Shown here piece after piece: positions 13,904 to 26,082 of a stretch of 64,000 nt of DNA (the stretch's first letter is position 1; every line of letters begins with the position of its first letter). The position numbers were made by a program, and so were the translations under genes. The notes beneath the pieces were generated by a model. The model saw only the letters and a list, made by a program, of their open reading frames with translations. It was not told where the DNA came from and did no database searches. This stretch comes from Paragordius varius (lineage: Eukaryota > Animalia > Nematomorpha). Location of the stretch: the NCBI GenBank assembly GCA_964247055.1, contig OZ176059.1:558001-622000 (forward strand). The letters are read 5' to 3'.

Positions 13904-15475
13904 TATTTAATAAAATAATTATAAACCTTAATATCTCAAGTTTTAACATCATTTTTTAATTATTATTATTAGTGTCCGATTTTGGTTTTTTTCAATATTT
14001 CTAAAACTAGGTTATTAACAAATAAAATTTTTTGTGCCAAATGAATTCGCTGGTCATAATTTATCTCATAAAAAAAAATTTAATTTAATATTTTTGTGGA
14101 TGTTTTTTAACGATTATATAGAGGCTTGTTTAGTGACATCTTTATCATGCATTTTTAAATAGTAATATTAAATTGACCAAGGAATATTTACTTCAATATT
14201 TAGCAAAAGGGAAAAGTCATATTGATAAAATCAAAGCATTTATCCCATATATTTCCATAACCTGAAAGTTTTTAATTAAACATACCAAAAATTGTTAAGT
14301 TTTGTATAATTGGCTGATATTGTTGTTTTAACTTATATTATCTGCAAAGTACAAAATACTTTCATATATAATCAAAATACATAATAATTTTCCATTTTCC
14401 AGCTTAAACTAATTATTAAAGGCATTTCAGTAATATTTCATCATGACATACGGTTTAATTAAAAGTTATTTATACTAACCATATAATATTCATGTTGAAA
14501 TTTAATGCATACGCTAAATTTTCAACCAAAATTTACTTCGGTTCAAAAAAAACCATCAAATAATATATTTAATACATAGCATTCCGTTTAAACAATATGT
14601 TGTCAATGTTTAAAGATGATTATTTATAAAGATATTTATTAATGTGCGGTTCCTAAGTTCCAGCTGCTTTAATAATCCGCGCTCTTATTTTTTTATCATT
14701 GACACGTAAAACAGTGTCTGACTCTTACCGTCCATCTTCAGTGTAAAGCTTATAATATTGAAATATAGATGGTTTTTATATCATGGCAAATTTATGTGTG
14801 CTAAACTTTTTTCATAATTTCTAAACGTTTTTTCAAGACATTTGCTGCTGTAATTAATTTTACAAGGGTTGATTCCTAGGGTTTTTTGGGTTAATAAATT
14901 GTAAGATTTATTATAATTGTTATTGTTGTTGTTTAATACGGACCCTAGGAATTATATGCCTAGATTAAATGTAAATATCCCTACCATGTAATTTATGACA
15001 TTTTGATTGAACATATCTATCTCTATGTGATTGTTTCAATCAATTCCATTATTATAGCTTATTTGGGACTTTTTCACCTAATTTTATCTGGAAAATTATT
15101 ACATTCACTCTTGAAAACCAATCTTCCTTATTGGATTCCGGATTCGATGGGGTTAAAATTTGATAATCTTATTTACTGATCATAGAATATTCTTGTATAC
15201 AGGCGCCATAGAATTCGCATACCACCATTTTATGTCTTATACGCTTATACGGTTGTTTGTAATATTTTGTCTGTAATCAGAACCATAGCGTCTAAAACGT
15301 TAACATTATACTCAATGTTTATATATGTTAGTGCTTTTTTTGTGGCGAGTACATATATTGATATTTGATAATGGGAGGCGCAATTTGGTTAATTTGGCCA
15401 ATTTCCCCCCAGTTTAATTAACTGAGAGTATAATTTTAATAAATGGCATTATAAAAGTAACTGTATCAAAGTATA

Positions 15476-16630
15476 CCATTTACACTTCAAACTCACCCTT
15501 GAACAATTCCAAATACCCTCGAACAATTCATATTCACCGTAAAATAAAGTATATGTTTCTAAGATTAAAAATTAATTATATTTTTATATATTTTTAAAAT
15601 AAAATTTTGTTTAAAATTAAAATAATACTGAAAAAATAATAAACTTTACCATAAAGATATATTTAAATTTGATGACAATGACAATAGCACGGGGTACACC
15701 CCTTCGTACAATTGGAGAACCAATTGTCAGAGTACCGTGAACTATATAAGTATTGGGAAAAACTTTTATAAATTTTTCAAGTAAAATTTTTTATAATTGC
15801 AAATGTTTGTATATATATATATGTATGTATATAAAATAAGATGATTTAATTTACCGCAAGTTAGTGTAATTTGCTTAAAAAAAAAGAAATAAAAAAAAAA
15901 AAAAATGCCGTACATAACCTGCGCTTTGGAAAGGACATTATAGTTTGATTTTTGGAACAGAGGTTTGACAATAATTGAGTTGTTGATAAGCGACAATAGT
16001 TTTAATTAAATGAAACGTTAACGACAAAAAACAATAATGATTTAACCGAGCATAACCCAAATAAAATTTATAAGAATATATGGTTAAAAGATTATTAAAA
16101 ATACAATTTAGTAGAAAAAGGTACTTATCTTTGATTTTCCTGTGGCATAGGTAGTGTTCCCCTAAACAACTGAAGTTTTACGGGTGACTCAACTTTTATT
16201 AAAAAAGAATTCATTTCCGAGTATCGTATAACTTTATCAGGGTAATAAGCCTCTTAAGATTGCACTCTTTACAAATAAAGAAACATCCATATCCCTAAAG
16301 TATAAATATATAAAATGTATTTGATGGTTTTGGTGTGTTCTTCTCATATCCAAAAGGCAGACGATTTTTCATTTGTCTTTGGTTTGAACTACCTATGTAG
16401 GAACGCTCATATGACGGATTAAAAATCCCAATATATCTGTTGAATTTGACATTGCCGCGAATTAATTCATATGTTACAATGCATCGTAAAAAAATACATT
16501 CGTAATTTAGTCTTTAATTTTGATGAATACACTAATATATTTTTAGAGTAAATTTGAATGTTGCAGGGTAAAATTGAATTGTTGGAGGGTGAATTTGAAT
16601 TGTTTGAGGGTGAATATGAATTGTAAATGG
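15476..16630. mobile_element. Family A MITE interrupted by an ~850-bp unrelated insert (15676-16526)
   Basis: Left arm 15476-15675 and right arm 16527-16630 match family A; the insert is bounded by a near-identical 12-bp direct repeat. Confidence 0.7.
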
Positions 16631-17071
16631 TATATTAAAAATTGTGGTCTATAAATATCCGGATAAATTTCATATAAAATAGAAAAATATATCGAGTGAT
16701 ATATTTGGTATCAAAAAATATCTATCCACTTATATAAAAAACAATAGGTTTTAATTTGGTAATCTGACACATATATTTAAATTTATCGCGCATTAATGGT
16801 TAATAAAATTCCTTTTAACGATACTAGATTATTTAAAATAGAGATGATTTTTGGAACAGAATCCTAAAACACATTTAGTGTTTTTATACAACAGTATTAA
16901 TAACCATAACCTTAAATAATAATTTACACTTTCCTCTCTAGAAATAGAATACTAACCGTGTTGTTTACTGTTTCGCATTTTATTTGATACAAAATGTATA
17001 AAGTTTTTTTTGAATGAAATATACAGTATCAGTAAATTGTTGGAAAGTTATTAATTATATACCATATACAA

Positions 17072-17461
17072 CAGGGGCGTACCGAGGGGGGGGGGGGGGG
17101 GGGCAAGGGGGTGCAACATGCCCCGGGCGCCGTTATTTAGAGGCGCCTAAATGATTTTTTAAAATTAAATGTTAATTATGCAAAAATAATAAGAACTTTC
17201 AAATGAGATTTCTCAGCAATTTAGGTAATAATCCCTATAATATATACTCTATTCATCTAATTAGTACCATTGAATAAATTTAGTATCATATAAATATATA
17301 TATTTAATAAATTTAAAATTTATATGACTGTGCTGATTTATCTATGGTGTTTAGGTTAAAACGTTTGTTTTACTAAATTGTTTTATTGGCTTTTAAAAAA
17401 GGGGGGAGGGCGCCATAAAAGTTTTATGCCCCGGGCGCCGCAAATGCTCGGTACGCCACTG
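17072..17461. mobile_element. hAT-superfamily MITE with G18 tract, inserted into a family F MITE
   Basis: TIR CAGGGGCGTACCGAG / CTCGGTACGCCACTG; perfect 8-bp TSD ATATACAA (17064-17071, 17462-17469). The flanks match family F. Confidence 0.9.
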
Positions 17462-18559
17462 ATATACAACAAAGAGCAATATTATTGGCTTATTCACTTT
17501 TTACTTTTATTAGCCAATAATAATTCTCTTTGCTGCATATGCTATTCAGCAATATTTAATAGCTTTCTAGCAATATATACTAACTCATAATGTATATGCT
17601 TTATATAAGATTGCAACTTAATCATATTTCACAGGTCATTTGTTTGTTTTATTTTAAATAAACGTGACATACTAAAAAACAAAAATGAAAGCGAAATCAG
17701 AATTAATTGATTACCAATAAAATTAGAACCATTGCAAAAAATTAATAATCCATCAGTTAAACATAAATCATTATTTCCCATGTAGTGAAAAACGGAACTG
17801 GAACTAGAAATAATAGGCGCTTTTACTTTGCTTAAGTAACCAAGAGTAAAAATATAAATATTAGCAATTTTTCGAGTTCGATTAATTGCAACAAAAGTTA
17901 ATATAACTTGCTTAGCTGTTGCATAAGCTTTGAAAACTAAATGGAAAGAAAACCGTGATAAATTTATTCAATAAGTTTATATTTTCAACGCATATTTTTT
18001 TAAGAGATGTTTTAAACCAAGTGTATCCAACACAAATATTTTTACGGCTAATTTTTGGCTTTTATTTATCTATTAGCTGACTCTGTCACGCTTCGCTGTG
18101 ACGTAGTCTCACCGATAATTATTCTCAATAATTTGCAATAAATAGAGGTAATGGAGATAAAATAATAAAACACATCTTTAATTATTCTTTTACGGGTTTT
18201 TGCATAGGCTCAAATATTGTTTTCTCGAAATCGACCATATTTAAACTCTCCCTTATTACAGTTAATATTCAACTATCGTTGGATTTAATTTAAAATTTTC
18301 GTTTTATGAAATCATGGTCAAAAGTTTTATTTGGTATTGTATTCACACACTGGGATCAAGGGATATATAAAGTAACTCATTTGTGGTCCCTTTTTAAAGG
18401 AAAGAATGATATAATACAAATTCCCCAGAAATGTGTTTAACTGAACTCGTAAGCGCTGATTTAAATTCTTGCCTCTATAGGGCAAATATTTGGAATCAGC
18501 TTTGATATCATCGTCTCATGGGTTATTCGAAAAAATAAATCAACACTAAATTATTGTTA

Positions 18560-20056
18560 TATAATGGCGTATTTTTAGGGCATAGAAGGCCCAAAATTAA
18601 CGGCTAATAAAAAAAAGGCCTGACCTTTTTTACCTAGTTACGGGTAATATTTCCAGCTTTTAATGAGCTCATATGGCTTCATTTCAGTAAATTCGCTCCA
18701 AAACAACGCAATTTCTATATAGTGGTGCAGTTTTTGGCGGGTAGCTCCTAACCCAGGGGCAAGTATAAAAAAAGCGTTAGGCAAAATTTTAGCCTTTATA
18801 TGGGGAATATCTGAAATTATTATGGATTCCATATTTTCCTATTAGATTCATAAGTTTTCAGAAATTTGGCTCCAAAGGCATGCTGTATCGATATGGTGAC
18901 GCAGTTTTACGCGGGTCCCCTAACCAGGGGCGAAACAAAAAAACGCTCAATTAAAATTTTTGCTTTAATTCGGGTAATACCTGGAACATAATTGATTCCA
19001 TATGCTCTCGTGGGATTTTTCAAAAAATAGCCTCAAAAACAAAACTCATTCTATGGGGGCGCATTTTTCAGGGCAAGGGCCTAATTAAGGGGTAATTAAA
19101 AAAAACGCTCAACATTTGCCTTTTACGGGTAATATTTCAGGCCCTTATTAAACTTTATGGCCTGATAAATTTTCTGAAAATTAACTCGTAAACAACGCAA
19201 TTTCGATGTGGTGGCGCAGTTTTAGGCGGGTAGCTCCCTACCCAGTGGCCAATATAAAAAAGCCTTAGATTAAACCTTTTTAGGAGAATACCTGGAATCA
19301 TGATTCCATATGATCTCATTAGTTTTTGGAAAAATTGCCTCAAAACTGAAAAATCATTCTATGGTGGCGCATTTTTCAGGGTGCGAAGTGCCTAATTAAC
19401 GGCTAATCTAAAAAAACCGCATGACCTAAAAATTTGCCTTGTTGCGGGTAATATTTTGAGCTTTTATTGAACTCACGTGGTCTGATAGTTATTTCTGAAA
19501 TTTAGCTCCAAATGCACGCTATTTCGATATGACGAGGAATAGCGGGTATCGCCTTACCCAGTAGTCAATATAAAAAAACGCACGACTAAAGTTTTTGCCT
19601 TTTAACAGACCTGGATTCCATATTGAATTTTTACAGTCTCATACCTTAGGCGAAAAATAGATTCAAAAAATTATTTTTGTGGACTTTGTTTTTTTTGAAA
19701 AAAATCGCATTTTACGGGGGGAGCGGGTAAAAAGAGGGTTTTAATTAAAAAAGCGAGACGATTATGTTCCGCACAATCGAAATAAAAATAAAATCATATT
19801 TGAAATGAAATGGTCCAACACGTTTTTCGAAAAATTGTCTCAAAAGACACGATTTTTGAGAACTAGTGATTTCAAAAAAAACCGTTTTTCACACGGGGTG
19901 GGCCCGAACTGAGGGCTTAATTCAAAAAAAGAGCGAAGCTATTGTCGGGGCATTCATTAATGATTATATTATATTTCGACATTAGGATTGAATGGGTCTA
20001 CCGGTTTTCCGGAAACAGATCACAAAGTCACCACTTTATTTTTATAAATATATAGA
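18560..20056 (-). mobile_element. Helitron family E copy 3, 3'-truncated, with internal ~300-bp tandem units
   Basis: Reverse complement of the family E 5' end finishes at 20056; shares repeat units with 41872-44241. No hairpin/CTAG end found; the left boundary is approximate. Confidence 0.75.
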
Positions 20057-20300
20057 TTTTGAGCCTAATTTTATGGGATATATTTTCCGAAAAATCGTAA
20101 ATTTTTAATCGAAATTCAATTTTTTATTTCTTTTAACTTTTTCTAAGCACTTTGCGTATAAAAAAAGCGCGTTGAACAACCCTGCTTTAAACAGATTACC
20201 AAACAAAGATTACAATTATAAACAAAATAAATGAATAAAAATAAAAAATTAAAAGGCATGTGGTTATTGTTTAACCTAATGGATATCGTTTGATCTATTT

Positions 20301-20560
20301 CAGTGGTTCCCAACCTTTTTTTATTCATGGCCCACCAAATGGAAAATAAAAATTATTGCACCCGCCCCCCCATCAAAAAAATCCAAAGATAAAAATGTAA
20401 AATATTTTATAATAATATAAAAATCGCAATCAATGAGATCCTTATATCTGCATTTTTTGAAATATTTTTTCCATAGATGACAAATCTTGACAATTAACAC
20501 GTGAAATCCTTCAACTTGTTTCTAGTTTTATTTTTTTTTATTAAATTTGGCTCTCCTTTT
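20301..20560. mobile_element. Partial hAT-like MITE (CAGTGGTTCCCAACC end)
   Basis: Terminal motif plus internal similarity, in opposite orientation, to 54227-54536. Confidence 0.55.
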
Positions 20561-21647
20561 GGAAATTACTGGTCCATTTTACGTTAATTTTGCATGGGCT
20601 GTTAATTAATTTTGATTTTTAGATTTTGATCACGGATTTCTTCCAAATAAAATGCGAAAAATTAATCAGTTAAATGGATAAAATTGTCCGAAAAAACGCA
20701 AAATGTTCCTGAGTATACAGACAATATAAATAATTTATAAGGTATTTCAAATGTTTTAGAATGACTTTATAGTGTTTAAGGGTGATTGGGTTTTAAGTTT
20801 TAACTATTAAAAAATAGGCTGTCTGATCCCATATGACAATAATATTACGGTCATATGTTTGATATAGTCCCAAAACGAATGTCACTAAACTATTAAATAA
20901 AATTTGTTTAAAGTACTGTAAAATTATTTATTTGTTTCAAAGTTATATTTTTACAAATAAAATAAATATATTTGGTTTTTGTTACCGTAATATGAGCTAT
21001 TTTATATGATTTAGGTTAAAAAATTAAAGTTTTAAAATCAAAATATAATCTGTAGATTAGCAAAATTTGTGTTTTAACACTTGTCGCATAAATTATGCGG
21101 AATAGTCCAAATTGTTCAAAAAAACATTTCAAATACCGCTGCTGCTCTGTTTCTTTTAATCATGATTGTATATCAGATCGATATTTAAAAAAAAATTACG
21201 TGATTACCCGAAACACATGTCTACGCTTTTCTACTGATAATATCGACTAATTTATCGACCCCTTTTCCCCTCCCCCCTGTATTAAATAAAGATTGCGTAT
21301 TATAATTTTTGATGGACAAATGAAATGTCATTAAGGCTTCACGTGATAATACACGCATATCAAATTGTTAAAACAGTGCTCCTTTTGTTTGCGATGAATG
21401 TATAGAATAAAAACAAATGATGCAACCATTACGTGTGTAACTTAAAACCTGTAATAACTTGTTTATTATTTTATTATAATCAATTCTTTTTAAATATTTA
21501 ATTTTCAGTAATCTTATTATTCAAGGAATAATATTGGTAACTTTTTCATTTCATTTGAATTTTTTATTGTCAATAATTATTATAAAACTTTATTTATCTA
21601 TTTTACGTTTCTTTTAGAAAATCGTTTGCTCACATATAGGCAATAAA

Positions 21648-22288
21648 ATGTCTCTCAACACTATTCAGGGTTCTAAAACGCCCACACTTATGAAATACTT
21701 AAGCTTACCTCAAGGTGAACAGGTACCTATTAAAATAATTTCGATAAATCTTTCTAAATTTTTTTATTTCAATATACTGTAATATCCATTATTCAATTTA
21801 TAATTTTTCGTTTAAATTAACAGTACAAACTTTTTGGACACTAACAAAATTAAGCTTTGTATATGTCATTTCTTTGGCAATAAACTGTAAATTTTATCTG
21901 TTTTGTAGTTTTGTTGTTTAATTTGAAAAAAAACTAATAAGAAACGCAAAAAACACTGTACTTTAAATAATTTAAATATATAAATTTGTAAGTTTTATTA
22001 AAAATGTTATGATATATGATAGGTCCAAGCTATGTATGTTTGGATAGATGGGACAGGTGAAAATATTAGAGCTAAAACTAGGACTTTGGCTGCCGAACCA
22101 CACAGTATTGATGGTATAATATTTTTACATTTATGTATTTTAATTAAAAAAATGTTTTTTATTAAAAATCAAAATTATGAAAATTATGAATATTTTGCGA
22201 AAAGAACTATTTAATTTGTATAAAGATTATTTTATCAATCATGAATTATTAATCACTAAAAATAAACAAAATATTAATTACAAGAATA

Positions 22289-22327
<39 letters not shown>

Positions 22328-25300
22328 ACCTTATATAATGTTGAATGATGTTGTATATGTATGATTATTTTTTAATATTTTTACATGTAACGAATGTTTA
22401 ATTAAAATCATAAAAAGTAATTATAGGTTTTTGTGTGATATTAAAAAATCAAACATTATCCATAAAATAAATGTCAAATCCATATTGTGTTAAACAGCTG
22501 ATGATACTGATACTCATTCCTTTTCACTTTTTTGTCCTAGTTTACTATTTGGGGTAGTTTTATTCCCAGCTCAATTTTGTAAATAAACTACTGTTTTGAA
22601 AGCAAATTTTGTTTAAATTTAATCATCAAACATTGTTGTTATGTTTTTAATAATAGGCAGTTTTGTGACGTCTAAGGAACAAATATTATGAAGCTCCAAA
22701 ACACTATTGATAACAGCTGGTTTAATTCAAAATAAATCAAGTTTTTACTGGAAATGTAGCCCGAAAGCTTTTTAAAATTATACATTTATTAATATACAAT
22801 TTACCTGTTGCATTAGTTATTTAAAAAAATAAATGAAAAAAAATGGTGGCAAAAAGTTTAAGATGAGGAATATTACAAATTTATATTTAAAATTTTATGT
22901 ATAATGCACGTAAAGGCTATAAAGAAAGCATATTTTTAATTCGGACTAATATTATTTTCGAAATTCTAATCGCTTTTAGATATAAAACTATTCCAAAAGG
23001 TAATGGGGTGTTAACAATTTATGAATAAGAATTTAAATGGTTAAAAAAAATTTTTACAAAAAAAAACGCGTTTTAAATTTGTACAATTGTGATGCAAAAT
23101 CTATCTAACATACTATCGTGATTGAATTTATGCATTTATCATCACAAGTGTTTTGGCCATGTAATCATAATTAGATTTTAAGTTTCAACATTCAAATTAT
23201 GCAAAAGATTAATGTTATATACCATTTACACTTCGAATTACCCTAAAAATAAATTATGTATTTTTTGGGCTAATATTACACACATTAATATGAAAATATT
23301 TTTTATGGCATAAAAGTTTCCTTTTTTCTCAGTATTATTTTAATTTACTTTTCAATAAAATTTCATTTTTTAGAAATATATTAGAAAAATATAGGATATT
23401 TTAATCTTCCTAAACACATAATTTATTTTAGGGTGAATTGAATTGTTTAAGGGTGAATTTCAATTGTTTCAGGGTAAATTTGGAATTGTTCAAGGATAAT
23501 TTAAAATGTTTAAGGAAGAATTTTAATATTTAAGCGTAAATTTGAATTGTTCAAGGATTAATTTAAATTGTTTCAGGGTGATTTACTATTGTTCAAGCAT
23601 AAATTTGAAACGTATATGGTATATAATTATATTTCCCAAAATTTACAATAGAATGAAATAACACACAATAATTTGTACTGAAAAATTTTTTTTTATATAG
23701 AATTACCTGTGTGGAATTTTGATGGTTCCAGTACGTACCAGGCTGAAGGCTCAAATTCTGACATTTATCTCAAACCAGTTCGTATGTTTCGTGACCCATT
23801 CAGGGGTGGCATTAATAAGTTGGTGCTTTGTGAAACCTATAAATACAATTGGAAACCTACTGGTATAAATTTTTACAGTAAAAATTGAAATATATATATA
23901 TATATATATATAATAGTTATATTTATAGAAATTAAAATTAAAAAAGTAAATCTTAAACTATCGTATATAATTCGCTGTAATGGCATATCATCTTTTTTTG
24001 TTCTGTTGAGTTTAAAGATAAATTTTTGAAAAAAAAAGCCTTTTGTCAGCAAAGATTTTTGAAATTAACCGTTTTTATGTTCTATACCATCTGCACTTCA
24101 AGAGTGTCCTTGAACATTTTAAGTTTGGTCCTTAAAATTTATTAATTTTGATTTAACCATAATTTTTGCATTTATTTTTTTTATTATTTATTAACCTAAT
24201 TTCTTTATTTATTATATATTTATTCATTTGAAAATAAATTTTTTATTGAAAAACCACTGTTTCAAACTATTTTTTTTCAATTGAAAATTATTGACATTTA
24301 AATGTTTTTAATGAAAAATTTCAATTAATAACCCAGAAACTTATATATTTTTTTCATTTCGTGTTAAAATCTTATAAATATCCAAAATTATTTTAAAAAA
24401 TAAATAAAGATATACGGTTTCTCAAAAATTAAAAGTTGATATCGATTTAAAATTTATCTTAAATAATAGAAAATAGGGTTAAAACAATAAAATAGATGAA
24501 TTATTTACGATTGGATAGATAAAAGTTAAAAACAAAACAAAAAAGTCAAAGGATCAACGTGAAGTTTTCAAGGACCAACTTGAAGTGTTCAAGGAGACTC
24601 TTGAAGTGCAAATGCTATATATATATATATATATATATAATATTGTATATTGTAGAATCTAATCATCGGATTGAATGTAAAAAGGTTATGGACCTTGCTA
24701 AAGCCTCAGTTCCCTGGTTTGGTATGGAACAGGAATATACATTAATGGATACGGACGGTCACCCGCTGGGATGGCCTAAAAACGGATTTCCCGCTCCCCA
24801 GGGTTCCTATTTTTTTTCCTATTTCACTTAATTCAAAACAACTACCTTTTGAATGTAATTTTAGTGAGTTTAGAATTATAGTCATTTTTGAAATTAAAAT
24901 TTTAGTGTGTTTTTACCATTAATGTTTTTTTTGCAGTATGGTTTTTTTTTCAATTTTGCTTCCCAATTGTCGTTTTCGATTATATATAAATATATATATA
25001 TATATTAGTGATTGCTTGTTTCACACTATAGTAGGGCTATTTGCAACACAGTAGTGTATGGAAAAAGAAAGTAAATGATTGTTAATTCAATATTTTGTTG
25101 CTTTTTTCCATACACTACTGTTGTGTTGCAAATTCCCAAATATAGTTTTGTGAAATAAGCAACTATTAAAATGCATACTGTATATATATTATAATCTAAT
25201 ACATCCGGAAATAGCCCTTAAACAATTTCGATCAATTTTTTAAATAATAAATAAATCTTTAGGTTTATTATATTCCTTTAATTTAGTGTGTTTTTGACAC

Positions 25301-26024
25301 TAAAATGATGTTAAAAAGTTTTGTTATATATTAAATGCATACAATAAATGCACTGCTCTAATATAATGAATTTTTTGAAAACGGCTCCATACTTTTTCCT
25401 CTTTATTCTCAAAACTGTAGTTTAATAGATATATCATTTTTCAAAGTACTACAAGTAACTCTGTATATTTAAATATTTTTACCTAACCTATAATGTAAAT
25501 CATATTTATGATTTATAAATTAATAAATATATCAAAAAATTTATAAATATATTTTAATAAAAATATATAACATTTTTCACTCAAAAGCAACTTTTTTTTC
25601 TACCAAACGCAACATTTTTTCGCTCAAAACGCAATTTTTTTACTCAAACGCAACATTTTTTCACTCATAAGCAACACTTTTATTCAAACGAAATCAAAAA
25701 TGTTGCGTTTTTTTGAAAAAAATGTTGTTTTTTGATAAAAAATGTTGCGTTTTCTTGATAAAAATGTTGCTTTTTTGGTTGAAAAAAATGGAACAATACC
25801 CTAATTTTTACAATATATATAATAGGCCCTTATTATTGTGGTGTTGGTGCTAACAAAGTTTATGGGCGTGATGTTGTAGAAGCGCATTATAGATCGTGCA
25901 TTTATGCTGGTATCAAAATAGCGGGTGAAAATGCTGAAGTTATGCCTGCTCAGGTTTATTAGTTTGTCCATTTTTATTTTACTTTTTTAATCAATGAAAC
26001 TTTGTTTAACAAGCATTTGCCATA

Positions 26025-26082
<58 letters not shown>

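Noticed and set aside
14690-14750. Minus-strand CTGAAGA-stem motif resembling a second hammerhead / Penelope tail
   Set aside because: The GAAA core reads GACA, stem I does not pair, and no clear GIY-YIG frame was found upstream.
15680-15745. Minus-strand DNWFS peptide resembling the piggyBac catalytic DNWFTS motif
   Set aside because: The flanking residues do not fit a transposase and the frame closes within about 20 codons.
23430-23610. Regularly spaced ~21-bp repeats that superficially resemble a CRISPR array
   Set aside because: No unique spacers; they are subterminal tandem units of the family A MITE in a eukaryotic intron.
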